Below the pieces are notes generated by a model, which was given only the letters and a program-made list of their open reading frames with translations, was not told where the DNA came from and ran no database searches. The position numbers and the translations under genes are program-made. A stretch of DNA of 49,788 nt, filler included, from Catajapyx aquilonaris (Eukaryota), in NCBI GenBank assembly GCA_000934665.2. It is 2 parts of 2 records of this genome, joined end to end, with 100 filler letters (N's around TTAATTAATTAA, not from the genome) between each part and the next. Parts side by side here need not be neighbours in the genome. Positions count along the whole stretch, not along the records: positions 24,973 to 49,788 come from JYFJ02005452.1; 1 more part is not named here. One strand, given 5' to 3'. This document shows positions 24,973-38,443 of the stretch, one piece after another (within the stretch, counting starts at the first letter, position 1; each line of letters begins with the position of its first letter).

Positions 24973-25617
24973 AATTTATCCAGTAATGTCATTTTGATGC
25001 AACAGAGTGATGGAATGTATGTTTACAGGCATGGGCTAGCTAGTTATGAACAAAAATCCCAAATCCCAGGCCAAGGCTAGTTCCCCATTGCAATGCATGT
25101 GATTCATTGTTAAAAAATAAAAGTCTTGGGGTAGAAATTTCGTCTCACTGCTGGTTACTGCTAACTTGGCAGTAGGCTACCAGTGTTGGAACAAGTTAGC
25201 AGTAACTAGCTGAGAAACGAAAATTCGCGCTTGATTGGTAAAGAACTTTATGTGTGGTTTTGATTTATTGTCGAAGTGTCCTACTGTATACTCGCAGTCC
25301 TCTCTCATCTCTTCCTGGGTGATTTCCAAGAGGATTGAACATAGCCGAACCTTTGCATTGTTTAAAGAAGGTCTGAAATGCGTCTGAATGGCTATGAAAC
25401 GCCATGTCTTCATGTTGTCCAATCACACCTGTTCCACCTACAATGTGCTTCTTTCAATAGGCAGATAGCAGAATGTTACATGCTGTATATCTTAATGTCT
25501 GCATGGCCTTATAATAGAGCGAATTCACGCAAGATACCAGGGAATGTCACCTCCTGCGAGAGTGAGAGCGTCACCAACGAGCCTTGGCCCAGGTCCAGCA
25601 CAGGGTGCACACAGGAA

Positions 25618-25977
25618 ATGGGCTCCATGCAAGCGTCTAGTAGGGCTGGAGTAGTGCTCCTTATACCTGCTTGACAATTTACTCGTGGTTGGCTCCAGGT
25701 GAGTGACTTTTTTTCCACGTTGCTAGTGCAGGGTGTTTTTACATGCAACAGAGTGTATGCATCAGTTGTCCAGTCGTGTCTGGGCAATACGATCCTCCGT
25801 TCACGAGACTGGACCTGGGATGCTACTACTTCACCCTGACTTCACCTCCGGAAAAGACACGGGAGACTGGTTTCAAGCTCAGGAGTTCTGTATAGTGTGC
25901 TTACTTCAGACCTGTCCTCGCTCGAGACTCCAACTAAGGACCAAGGGATAAGACAATTCTTACTCACCAGTCACCAG
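25618..25977 (+). pseudogene. C-type lectin pseudogene (close paralog of the 29929 gene)
   Basis: Exon 1 has a 2-bp insertion (ttatacctgc vs ttacctgc) giving TGA at 25672. Exon 2 from 25774 has a C-to-Y change, a duplication and deletions. Homology stops at ~26000 and exon 3 is absent. Confidence 0.85.
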
Positions 25978-26006
25978 TAGATTTGACAGTTGTTGGGTCA
26001 ATTATT

Positions 26007-26267
26007 GAGGAGTGTGGTGGAAAAAAGTGATAACCCTAAGTTTTGTCATTTTTGACCTAAACACCTAGCAACTATGTAAAATACATGAATAACTGTTTGG
26101 TATACTCCAAGTCGCTCCAAGTTCATGTATCATGCACGACACAGCCACACGGACTAGATCAATACCTGAATTCTCTAAAGTTTGTTGTTAAGAGAATGCA
26201 AACTTAAATTCGCCCTACTGAGAAATTATACTTTTGTGGGTTATCACCTTTTTCCACCGCACCCCTC
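26007..26267. mobile_element. MITE with GAG termini (Sola-like, tentative)
   Basis: gaggagtgtggtggaaaaaagtgataacc versus ggttatcacctttttccaccgcacccctc; AT-rich flanks tatt/aatt. Confidence 0.65.
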
Positions 26268-26689
26268 AATTCAAGGAAGTAAGGAAAAGCTGAGAATGGA
26301 AGACTCAAATCACTGGAACTTTTCCCCCCGCTTTATGTCCTCACATTCTCCTTCTTCGAAGGCCTCGTCTTCGTAGGTTTCTTTTGTTTATTTCTAATAT
26401 GGCCAACATGGCCATAATTGCAACCCAGACGATTTTACAGAAAATCCTAAATTAAGGCGTCATAATTAGTTGGTGAGTAACTTTATTCACAATGAGTGTA
26501 CTGCAGATCTGCAATAAGCATTAAAATGTGCCTGTGAAACAATCGCACAATTGAAACTGCACGCCAATGGGACCTGAAAACAATGGCCAACTTACAAGCA
26601 AAAATTAAGAACGCACTTCGCTCGACATGATTCTTTTGGCAATATGGCGGGCCGCATTACTTGGCGCCGCGCAGTTAGGCGCAGGCAGC

Positions 26690-27391
26690 TCCCAGACGAC
26701 CTTTCCCCTCTTCTCCATCCCATAACATGTCGCCCTTCTTATCCTCCACACCCACTACACTAACCCCATGGCCAGTTCTTAACCTCCTAACAGTCTTCCA
26801 AAAAGACTTCTCATCCTCCTTGAAAGCCTTCTCCAGCTTCTCACTCTCCTCTAGATCTACCTGTTTCTTACTCTCCCTAACAACCCGCGCTGCCTCCCGC
26901 TTCCAAAACCTATACTCCCCTGCAGGGACACTACCCTGCAGCATTCCTAAGTAAGCCTCCTTCTTACGATTAACTGCCTTAGCCACCTCCTCGTTCCACC
27001 AACGATCCCCCTTCTTACAACCCACCTTAGCCATACCACAATAAATTATCAACAGCACTACTCACTAAGGAGGACTTGAAACAATCCCAAGCCTCTTCCA
27101 AGGACTTAACTGTCTTGTTCCCTTCTATCAATCTATCAGAAACTACTGTAGCTGTTGATATTCCAAACCTAATGCAGGAAGTTGCTCAACCTTAATCCTC
27201 TCACCCACCTCAGGTTTTTTCTTAAACATCCTCCATCCAATACCTAACTTTAACCTAGAGACGACCAGGTAGTGGTCGGAACCAACATCTACACCTCTAA
27301 CCACCTTAGTATCAACTACCTTTGACCTCAACCTACTATCTATCACTACAAAGTCAATCAAGGACTTCTGACCTAATGACCTATTCTCCAT
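26690..27391 (-). mobile_element. RTE-like LINE fragment (endonuclease C-terminus and linker)
   Basis: SLIDFVVID...VVDTKVVRGVDVGSDHYLVVSRL (APE SDH motif) and WWNEEVAKAVNRKKEAY...FWKTVRRL; interrupted by stops. Confidence 0.85.
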
Positions 27392-27563
27392 TCAATCAAA
27401 TAAAACCCTATAGAATACTAGGATGTATCATAGTCACGTGACATGCAATTTATTCATGATTGTGTTAACTCAGTGCCTTGCCTTGTGCAGTTTTAAGACA
27501 GATGGGCCAAACAAATTCTTGCAGCAACTGAGCAAATAAATTTGTCTCGTTGTTATTTGTCAG

Positions 27564-27830
27564 TCAGAGTGTAAGAATGCCCAGAACCTTTTATGAAAAT
27601 GAAGACGGGATGCTATTTCTTCAGCACCGGAAATAGTAAAGGAAATTGGCACTCAAGTGCGAAGAGTACTGCAGCTAAATTGGTGGCACCCATCTCACGA
27701 TTACGGGTCTAGAGGAGAATTCTGTCATTATAGGAATTACCTGTTGAAGAATAAGTTCATATGTTTAGAAAAGCATGCGTTTATTGTTCAAATGAATGTT
27801 TTTTTTGCGGATCATCCCTCTGCATATTTT
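27564..27830 (+). pseudogene. Highly degenerate C-type lectin relic
   Basis: CPEPFMKMKTGCYFFSTGNSKGNW..EEYC*..RNYLLK with frameshifts. The donor is mutated to ataagt (27751) and the acceptor to tttgcgg (27810), at positions homologous to intron 2 of the intact copies. Confidence 0.7.
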
Positions 27831-28416
27831 TATTGCACTCATAACAGCGTATTGTCTTTATATTACGGGAGTATGATCCGGCTGATGTCCAATTGATAGC
27901 ATTGAACAATAATACAGTATATCTCAGTAAAGAAAGTGCGTCAGTATTTATGTCCGTAACTCACCCACGCAATTATGATAGCAGAATGTCACAGTCATTC
28001 CCGGTACACTACACTTGCAGGAAATATTCGACAGACCTCATCACAGCTTAGAGAGTTACAGGCACAGCGCATCCATCATGGTGACGTTGGGTACACCCAG
28101 ACACAAATCAGATAGGTTATACAATCAGGTGAATTTCTACATGTCCTATGTCAACTTGTTAGTCATACAGTTACATTCAACAATAAACTAAGGTCAATTC
28201 AATTTGGGTAGAAGACAGAGACAAACGCCAGGTTTTCCTCTCTACTTCCTCTGACCCATCTCCACATGTCTCTCCTATGCTTCTTATATAATAGGCATTG
28301 TGTTACAATAATATCTTAATGCCTGACGTTATAATAGAGCACATTCACACCAGATACCACTGAACGTCACCTCCAGGCGTCACCATGAGACTTGGCCCAG
28401 GTCCAGTACACAGGAA

Positions 28417-29105
28417 ATGGGCTCCATTCAAGCGTCTAGTAGGGCTCTAGTAGTGCTCCTTACCTGCCTGACAATTTACACGTGGTTGCCTCCAGGTGAG
28501 TGACATTTTGTTCACATTGCTATAGTACAGAATGCTTCTATATGCAGCCGAGTGCCTGCATAATAATTAATGTTTCCCAGTCGGGTGTAGGCAATGCGAT
28601 GCTCCGTTCACGAGACTGGAAATGGGATGCTACTACTTCACCTCCGGAACAACCAGGGGAAACTGGTTTCAAGCTCAGGAGTACTGCCGTGTGATTAGTG
28701 GAAACCTGTCCTCCATCGAGACTCCAACTGAGGACGAAGGGTTGAGACAATTCTTACTCGCCAGTAAGTTGACATTTGTTGGGTCTGTTACCAGCATAAT
28801 ATTTCTCTCTCTTTTTTGCAGATAGGCCGAATGACAATTTCTACATTGGCGGGTACGATGCAGGCCATGAAGGTGTATGGTACTGGAAGTCTACTGGCCA
28901 GCCTATTGCATGGTTTAATTGGGCTGAGGGCCAACCAAATAGTGGGACATCAGGTGATTGCATGATGATGAATGCCAAGTTCAACTTTCAATGGTTCGAC
29001 TCCGATTGCATGGTCTATTTCTACTACATTTGCGAAAAGCTGATTAGACTAGGCCCGAATCAGGACGTCCTCAGAATAACGATGGATACCGGTAGGTATG
29101 GATAG
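28417..29105 (+). CDS. Secreted C-type lectin A; exons 28417..28495, 28581..28763, 28822..29105; QPN/WFD
   Basis: Hydrophobic signal-like exon 1; GCYYF, W..AQEYC, YIGG, NWAEGQPN..DC..WFDSDC..YYICE; phase-1 GT-AG introns; continuous reading frame. Confidence 0.9.
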
Positions 29106-29928
29106 GTTCTGTAGATGAACAGACAAACCTGATGTATAAAGATTAGTGTGTCGATGATTGTGAAGATCTGAAATGCAGAACGATCAGGGGTAGTTCTTTG
29201 CTTGAAATGAAGTTGGGAATTTTGGAGTCTTTAATATTTTCGTCGATTACTTTCTACATGTGGCAATAAGTCAGCCTTGGTCTAGGCGAGTTACTCTCAC
29301 CTATAGAAATAGTTCCAAAAATCAAATCTCAAATCCTTGTGACTCGAGTCGTTCTGCATTCCATGTTGTCATAATTATACCTTTATTGCAATGCATGTGA
29401 TTCATTGTTAAAAATAAAAGTCTCGGGGTAGAAATTTCGTCTCACTGCTAGTTACTGCTCACTTGGCAGTAGGTTTCCAGTGTTGGAACAAGTTACTGTA
29501 GCAAAAACTAGCACAGAAGCGAAAATTCGCCCTTGATTGGTAAAGAACTTTATATGTGGTTTTGATTTATTATAATCGAAGTGTCCTACTGTATACTCGC
29601 AGTCCTCTCTAAGCTCTTCCTGGGTATTTCCAAGAGGATTGAACATAGTCGAACCTTTGCATTGTTTAAATAAGGTATGAAATGTGTCTGAATCGCTATA
29701 TGAAACGCCATGTCTTCATGTTGTCCAATCACACCTGTTCCACCTACAATGTGCTTCTTTCAATAGGCAGATAGCAGAATGTTACATGCAGTATATCTTA
29801 ATGTCTGGCCTCATAATAGAGCGAATTCACGCCAGATACCAGGGAATGTCACCTCCTGCGAGAGCGAGAGTGAGAGCGTCACCAAAGAGCCTTGGCCCAG
29901 GTCCAGCACAGGGTGCACACCGCAGGAA

Positions 29929-30601
29929 ATGGGCTCCATGCAAGTGTCTAGTAGGGCTGGAGTAGTGCTCCTTACCTGCTTGACAATTTACACGTGGTTG
30001 GCTCCAGGTAAGTGACTTTTTTTCCACGTTGCTAGTGCAGGATGTTTTTACATGCAACAGAGTGCATGCATTTGTTGTCCAGTCGTGTCTGGGCAATGCG
30101 ATCCTCCGTTCACGAGACTGGACCTGGGATGCTACTACTTCACCTCCGGAAAAGACAGTGGAAACTGGTTTCAAGCTCAGGAGTACTGCACTGTGCTCAC
30201 TTCAGAGCTGATCTCGCTCGAGACTCCAACTAAGGACTATGGGATAAGACAATTCTTACTGACCAGTAGGTTTGACAGTTGTTGGGTCAGTGCTTGTTAC
30301 CAGCATAATATCGCTTTTTGCAGATAGGCCGAATGACACTTTCTACATTGGCGGGTACGATCTGGGCCATCCAGGGAGCTGGTACTGGCTGTCTACTGGC
30401 ATGCCTATTCCATGGAGTAATTGGGCTCAAGGAGAACCAAATAATTGGAAACGATATGGTGAATATTGCATGGTGCTGAGACCCAAGGTAATGTTTCAAT
30501 GGAGCGACGAAGTGTGCAATGGTAATTTCTTCTTCATTTGCGAAAGGAGTATTAGCTTAGGCCCACCACCTACTCAGGGCATCTCCCTCAGCATAGGCTA
30601 A
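29929..30601 (+). CDS. Secreted C-type lectin B; exons 29929..30007, 30083..30265, 30324..30601; EPN/WSD
   Basis: Same three-exon structure; NWAQGEPNN..EYC..WSDEVC..FFICE. Confidence 0.9.
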
Positions 30602-31316
30602 TGATGGATGGGTACAACTGAGGCTCTGTATTACATGATGAACATACAAACCTGATGTATACAAAGTGTGTTGATGCTTGTGAGGATCTAAAATGCAGAA
30701 CGATTTGGAGTAGTTCTTTGGTCGAAATGATTACTCAGAAATTTATGTCATTTGGCCAGACACTCTCACTTATATAGAAATTGTTCAAAAATATCAAATT
30801 TTAAATTCGCGTGACTTTGTCCTGTTCATTCCATGTTGTCACATTACACCTGAATTGCAATGCATGTGATTCGTTGTTAAAATAATAAAAGTATTTTTCG
30901 TAATGAACTTTATGAGGGTTTTAAAAATTTACTACATCGAAATATGCTACTTGCCCTTCCGTTATTCTCTTCAACATTTTACAGATCTGATTTCCAAGAG
31001 GCGTGAAACAGGTGAAACTCTGCTGGGATATTAAAACTATCCGTTATTAACATCTGGTTGAATTGAAGCGTTTATTCATATGAAATTATTACATCATATG
31101 GTTTTGCCTAATATCAATATTGACCAAAAATACTACATCAACATAATTATGTACTCATATCTTGCGGTCTTGAATCCCTGCAGCGTTATTACAAGTAGTA
31201 CAAAGGAAGTGATCTCCTGTCTGCAATATATTGCAATTGACCTTAGAGTACGTATGTAATGTAACGTAGCCATCGTCGATACAGTAATAGACAGATTAAT
31301 ACAATAAAACTTTGAG

Positions 31317-31560
31317 GGAGGTGAAGTGGCGCAGCGGTAACGCTCGCGCCCACGGATATTAAGGTCCCGGGTTCGATCCCTCCCGGGGTTCCCACCTTTA
31401 TCCGTGCAGAGTTGGGCCATCTCTGGCTTCATTTCGGGTGGCAATTTCCGACAGACTAAGCCACCCGGGGGAGTTCACAAAATGACGATTAGAGACATTG
31501 CACTTGCACTTTGCACATCCCCTCCTACCTACCCTGGAGTAATTAATTAAGATCTTCTTA
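31317..31560 (+). mobile_element. tRNA-derived SINE
   Basis: ggaggtgaagTGGCGCAGCGG (A box) ... GGTTCGATCCC (B box); body shared with the 12410 and 13970 copies; AT-rich tail. Confidence 0.75.
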
Positions 31561-31882
31561 TATGGCTCCAATTTCCGATGGTGGTAATCCACCCCCCTAA
31601 AGGATATGGTAAATCCCAATGGGGTAATGCAAAAAAACAATAAAACTGATATTAGATTGCTATGGTCACTCCAATAGGAACACATTCTACAGCAGTCATG
31701 AGAATAATGATTTTTCCATGAAGTTAAAAATCGACGGTGAATTTTTTTGCGTCTTCCAAAAAAAGTACAGTACTGTGGTACCAAGTAGGGTCAGAGTTAC
31801 CTGAAATGTAAGAAGTAAACAACGTTATCCCTCAATTCGGCTTGATAATGATTTTGGTAGGCCACCATACGAAACAATGACA

Positions 31883-31917
31883 ATATCTAAATGTCCAGGC
31901 TAATAATAGAGAGAATT
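31883..31917 (+). promoter_or_regulatory. Conserved upstream motif of the lectin genes (representative copy)
   Basis: ATATCT(T/A)AATG-spacer-ATAATAGAG(A/C)GAATT, or a close variant, recurs ~105-135 bp upstream of every lectin ATG. Confidence 0.55.
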
Positions 31918-32012
31918 CCAACTGATATTGCAAATCGCCCCATGTCCATGCGTCATCAAGGCTTGGCTCAAGTCCAGCACAGGTTTGTACAGAGAAGTCA
32001 TAGCTGCTCCAC

Positions 32013-32660
32013 ATGAAGGAATCAATCAATGCTCCAGTTGTGATCCTCGCCTTCGCGGCAATTGCTACCTGGTGGCTTCCAGGTACGTACAATATTATTA
32101 GAAGAGTAACAGTCTGAAAGGTCTGATATGAGTCCGAATTATTGTTATGTTGTCCAGTCGGGTGTAAGCAATGCGATCCTCCCTACACGAGACTGGACTC
32201 ACCGGACCTGGGATGCTACTACTTCAGCAGCGGTAAGGAAACTGGAGGCTGGTGGCGAGGTCAAGAGTTCTGCGGCACGATGGGTGGAAACCTGTCCTCC
32301 TTACTATCCCCAACGGACAACGAAGGAGTCAAGCGATACTTACTTGCCAGTGAGTTTGATTGTTGTTGGGTAGCCTACTGAGTTGCACTTTCTGTTTACG
32401 ACTGTTGCTTTCCAGACAGGCCGAATGACAACTTCTACGTTGGCGGGTACGATTTGGGCCACGAAGGGGAATGGTGCTGGCTCTTCAACGGCCAACCTTT
32501 CGGATATTCTAACTGGGCTAGAGGAGAACCGAACAATAAAAAGCCAGGAGGTGAAGACTGCCTTTTGTTAAATGCGAAGATGAAATTTAATTGGACCGAC
32601 GAAACATGCTTAGGTAACTTCTTCTTCATTTGCCACCACCTCATTTCGTTGGGCCAGTAA
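32013..32660 (+). CDS. Secreted C-type lectin C; exons 32013..32082, 32158..32349, 32416..32660; EPN/WTD
   Basis: MKESINAPVVILAFAAIATWWLP signal-like peptide; CTLD cysteines; NWARGEPNN..EDC..WTDETC..FFIC. Confidence 0.9.
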
Positions 32661-34229
32661 TAATTAATGACCTCATTCTCAGACTAATAATAGTAATGGA
32701 TGAGAACAACTGCGGTCTTGAACATGTATCATGCACGTGGACTTTACAGCATGCGATGTTGCATAATTTTGAAGAATTGAAGTGCAAAATGATTAGTTAC
32801 CTTTTGAGTTAGGCATTGATATTGATACGTGCTACTGGTATAAAACAATAATTACAGTTCCCTAGAGAAATGAGTGAAAAAAAACAGTAATGCAGTTTTC
32901 GAACCTCAAGTACGTACTTCTACCTCGAGATAATTCAAATGTAACGCTGATTATTCTGCATTTCCAGTTTTCTTATTGCGCCTGATTTATCGCACTGGAA
33001 GTGGCACATTGTAGCAATAAAAGTTTTGATCCGTAAAGAACCTCAAATAAATTTTTCATTTTCATCGACGGGCATACAAAAACGACACCTTTATCGTTGC
33101 TATTTGATTGGTGAAAACGATGCAGCAGTGAATATCGTACAACCAGGAGAAAGGCACCATCATTTCAATTCTACATAGCCTTTCACTAACCCCGATTTTT
33201 AAACCTTTGATGCTTAATTTTCTTTCAGGGTTTTTGGGCCGTTTCTTTCTACTCCGTCCAAAATTCGATATAGGAGTGATATAAATGAATAACAAGTTCG
33301 TGCTAAAATTAACCATTTTAATTCGCGGTGGTTCTTTTGAATGTAAAAGGCCGAAAAAATTATTCTACAGGGTGTCCCATAAAAATTAAGTTATATTAAG
33401 AATCGTCTGGCTCTCAGGACCTGGATAGGGAGTTGTCCTAATCCGGGATAACTTGACATCCCGACTGCCCTTTGAAAATATCCCGGGCCAAAGGTCGAAA
33501 ATGCGAGACATATGGTCATCTTACTTAAGTATTGTGCTTGAAACCACCCACAGTTATATAACACAAAAGCAAAAAGCAGCCACACTATCTTGTCTGCCAC
33601 TTTCACTGCTGGATCAACACTCTCACCAAGCTCACCAAGCTGGATCAACACTCTCAATCGTGCAGTTGTGGAATCACTAGCAGTACTATCGATATACCCT
33701 CTCCCACCTTCCCTCTCCCTTCAAACCCCGCCAATTCCTAGTTCAAAAAAGCTGCCTCTTGGCAACCATTCAGTGCAGGTTACTGGAAGCTGATACTGGT
33801 ACGATATTAATGCAATAAAACTGATATCAGATTTCAGGTAGCTTCAATTGGAAATCATTGTACTGTACTGAGAATATTGTCATGTAGTGGCGTAAAAGTT
33901 ATTTGGCCTCTTCCAAATGTTTTATTTAGTAAATAATATTAAGGACCCTATATTCCGTACACTGCTTATACTGGGGTAACAACAATGGTAAGATTTATCA
34001 GAAATACGATAAGCAAGCAACGAGAGTCCGGATTCTCCTTCAATTAGGCTTGATAATGTTTTTTTTTTTGGTATAGTCTGTCACAAAACAATGACCATAT
34101 CTAAATGGGCATGCTCATAATAGAGAGAATTCCGGCTGATATTGCCAATCGCCCCATGTCCAGGCGTCATCAAGGCTTGGCTCAAGTCCAGCACAGGTTT
34201 GTACAGAGAAGGCACAGCTGCTGCCCATC

Positions 34230-34865
34230 ATGAAGGAACCAATCACTGCTCCAATTGTGATCCTCGCCTTCGCGGCAATTGCTACGTGGTGGCTTCCAGG
34301 TACGTGCAATAATAATTAGGATCGTAACCTTCTGAAAGGTCTGTTATGGGTCTGAATTATTGTTATGTTGTCCAGTCGGGTGTAGGCAATGTGATCCTCC
34401 GTTCACGAGACTGGACCCGGGATGCTACCACTTCAGCATCGGTAAGGATACTGGAAACTGGTTTCGCGGTCAAGAGTACTGTGCTTGGATTACTGGAAAC
34501 CTGTCCTCCATAGAATCCCCAATCGAGAACGCAGCAATCCAGCAATTCTTACGTACCAGTGAGTTTGATTGTTGTTGGGTAGTTAGTGAGTTGCACTTTC
34601 TGTTTACGACTGTTGCTTTCCAGCCAGGCCGAATGACAACTTCTACGTTGCCGGGTCCGATTTGGCCAAGGAAGGGACATGGACCTGGCAATCTTCCGGC
34701 ATGCCTTTCGCATATTTTACCTGGGGTCCAGGAGAACCAAATAGTCTAAAGGCAGATGGTGAACACTGCCTTGTGTTAAATGCTAAGATGAATTTTCAAT
34801 GGAGCGACGATACATGCTTAGGTAACTACTTCTTCATTTGCGAACACTACATTTCGTTGGGCTAG
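34230..34865 (+). CDS. Secreted C-type lectin D; exons 34230..34299, 34376..34558, 34624..34865; EPN/WSD
   Basis: Same structure; TWGPGEPNS..EHC..WSDDTC..FFICE. Confidence 0.9.
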
Positions 34866-36255
34866 TAATAATTAATGACCTCATTCTCAGATTAATAATA
34901 ATAATAATAATAATGGATGAGAACAACTGCGGTCCTGAACATGTATCATGTTTACGTGAAATTTACAGCCTGGGATGGTGCATAATTTTGAAGAATAATT
35001 GAAGTGCAAAATGATTTGAGTTAGGCATTGAAATAGATGCGTGTTACTGGCATAAACCATAATCACAGTTCCGTAGAGAAATGAGTGAAAAAGGCAGTAA
35101 TGCAGTTTTCAAAACTCAAGTACTTCTACCTCGAGATAATTCAGTTGTAACGCTGATTGTTTTGCATTTCAAGTTTTCTTATTGCGCCTGATTTATCGCA
35201 CTGGAAGTGGCCCATTGTAGCAATAAAAGATTTGATCCGTAAAGAACCTCAAATGAATTTTTCATTTTCATCGAGGGACATACAAAAACGACACCTTTAT
35301 CGTTGCTATTTCATTGGTGAAAACGATGCCACAATGAATGTCGTACAACCAGGAGAAAGGCGCCATCATTTCAATTACACATAACCTAACTAACCCGATT
35401 TTTAAACATTTGATGCATAATTTTTTGCAGGTTTTTGAGCCGTTTCTTCGTCCAAAATTCGACATTGGAGTGATATAAATGACTTCGTGCTAAAATTAAC
35501 CATTTTAATTCGCAGTGGTTCTTTTGAATGTAAAATGCCAAAAAAACTATCTACAGGGTGTCCCAGAAATATTATTTTAAGAATCGTCTCTGTCTCTCAG
35601 GACATCGATAGGAAGTTGGCCTAATCCGGGATCACTGGCATCTGAAAAAATCCCTGGACAAAGGTCGAAAATGCGGGACATATGGTCATCTTACGTAAGC
35701 ATTGTGCTTGAAACCACATACAGTTTAACGGTTATATAATATAACACGTTCAAAAAGCAGCCATACTTGTCTGCCACTTTCACTGCTGGATCAATACTCT
35801 CAATTGTGCATATAAAGTTGTGGATGCACTAGCATTACTCTCGATATGTCCTCTCCAGGTAACTTCAATAGGAAATAATTGTACACCAATTGTGAGAATA
35901 TTGTTATGTCGCGGCATAACAGTTTTTTTGGCTTCTTGCTATAATGTTTTATTTTGTAAACAATATTTAGGGCTATATAATTATATTCAGTACACTGCTT
36001 ATACTGGGGTAACAACCATGGTAAGATTTATCTGAAATGCGATAAGTAAACAACGTGAGTCCGGATTCACCTTCAGTTAGGCTTGATCATGCTTTTTTTT
36101 AGGTATAGTCAGCTGTCACAAAACAATGCCCATATCTAAATGGCCAAGCTCATAATAGAGAGAATTCCAACTGATATTGCAAATCGCCCCATGTCCAGGC
36201 GTCATCAAGGCTTGGCTCAGCACAGGTTTGTACAGAGAAGGCATAGCTGCTCCAC

Positions 36256-36910
36256 ATGAAGGAATCAATCACTGCTCCAACTCTGATCCTCGCCTTCGCG
36301 GCAATTGCTACGTGGTGGCTTCCAGGTATGTACAATATGATTAGGAACGTAGCAGTCTGGAAGGTCTATGATGGGTCTAGCCAATAACATGTTGTCTCTG
36401 TGTCGTCCAGTCGGGTGTAGGAAATGCGATCCTCCCTACACGAGACTGGACTCACAGGACCTGGGATGCTACTACTTCACCAGCGGTAAGGATACTGGAA
36501 ACTGGTTTAGAGGTCAAGAGTTCTGCGCTTCGATTCGTGGAAACCTGTCCTCCTTAACATCCCGAATGGATTACGAAGGAGTCCGGCGATTCTTACGTGC
36601 CAGTGAGTTTGATTGTTGTTGGGTAGCTTAGTGAGTTGCTCTTTCTGTTTACGACTGTTGCTTTCCAGACAGGCCGAATGACAACTTCTACGTTGGCGGG
36701 TCCGATTTGGGCCACGAAGGGAGATGGACCTGGGCATCTACTGCCATGCCTGTAGCATATTCTGACTGGGCTCCAGGAGCCCCAAACAATAATAAGACAG
36801 GAGCTGAACACTGCCTTGTGTTAAATGCTAAGAAGAATTTTCAATGGACCGACGAAACATGCTTAGGTAACTTCTTCTTCATTTGCAATCATCACATTTG
36901 GTTGGGCTAG
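36256..36910 (+). CDS. Secreted C-type lectin E; exons 36256..36325, 36411..36602, 36669..36910; APN/WTD
   Basis: Same structure; DWAPGAPNN..EHC..WTDETC..FFIC. Confidence 0.9.
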
Positions 36911-38443
36911 TAACATATTAATTACCTCATTCTCAGACTAATAATAATGGTTGAGAACAACTGCGGTCCTGAACATGTATCATATATACGTTAACTTTAC
37001 AGCATGCGATGATGAATAATTTTGAAGAATTGAAGTGCAAAATGATTAGTCACCTTTTGAGTTAGGCATTGATATTGATACGTGTTACTGGTATAAAACA
37101 ATAATGACAGTTCCCTAGAGAAATGAGTGAAAAATGGCAGTAATGCAGTATGTTGTCGAACCTCAAGTAGGTACTTCTACCTCGAGATAATTCAAATGTA
37201 ACGCTGATTATTCTGCATTTCAAGTTTTCTTATTGCACCTAATTTATGGCACTGGAAGTGACACATTGTAGCAATAAAAGTTTTGATCCGTAAAGAACCT
37301 CAAATGTATTTTTCATTTTCATAGAGGGGCATACAAAAACGACACCTTTATCGTTGCTATTTGATTGGTGAAAATGATGCAACAATGAATATCGTACAAC
37401 CAGGAGAAACGCTCCATCATTTCAATTCTACATAACTTTTCACTAACCCCGATTTTTAAACCTTTGATGCATAATTTTTTGCAGGTTTTTGGGCAGTTTC
37501 TTTCTTCTTCGTCCAAAATTCGATACAGGAGTGATATAAAGGATTCCAGCTAAAATTAACCATTTTAATTCGCGGTGGTTCTTTCGAATGTAAAACGCCG
37601 AAAAAATTAATCTACAGAAATATTATTTTAAGAATCGTCTGTCTCTCAGGACCCCGATAGGGAGTTGGCCTAATCCGGGATAACTGGGCGTCCCGACTGG
37701 CATTTGAAAAAATCCCGGGACAACTAGGTCCAAAATGCGGGACATGTGGTCATCTTACGTAAGCATTGTGCTAGAAACCACCCACAGTTATATAACACGT
37801 GCAAAAAGCAGCCACACTTGTCTGCCACTTTCACTGCTAGGTCAATACCACGTCAATACTGTCAATCGTGCAGTTGTGGATGCACTAGCAGTACTATCGA
37901 TATGCCCTCTCCCACCTTCCCGCTCCCTTCAAAGCCCGCCATTTCCTAGTGCAAAAAATGTTGCCTCTTGGCATCAACCATTCCGTGCAGGTTACTGGGA
38001 GCTGATACTGGGACGATATTAATGCAATAAAACTGATATCAGATTGCAGGTAACTTCAATAGGAAATAATTGTACACCAAATGTGAGAATTGTTATGTCG
38101 TGGCAAAACAGCTTTTTTTTGGCTTCTTGCTAATAATATTTTGTTTTGTAAATAATATTCAAGGCTATATATTCCGTAGGCTACACTGCTTATGCTGGAG
38201 TAACAACAATGGTAAGATTTATCTGAAATACGATAAGTAAATAACGAGAGTCCGGATTCTCCTTCAATTAGGCTTGATAATGTGTTTTTTTTGGTATAGT
38301 CTGTCACAAAACAATGACCATATCTAAATGGGCATGCTCATAATAGAGAGAATTCCAACTGATATTGCAAATCGCCCCATGTCCAGGCGTCATCAAGGCT
38401 TGGCTCAGCACAGGTTTGTACAGAGAAGGCATAGCTGCTCCAC

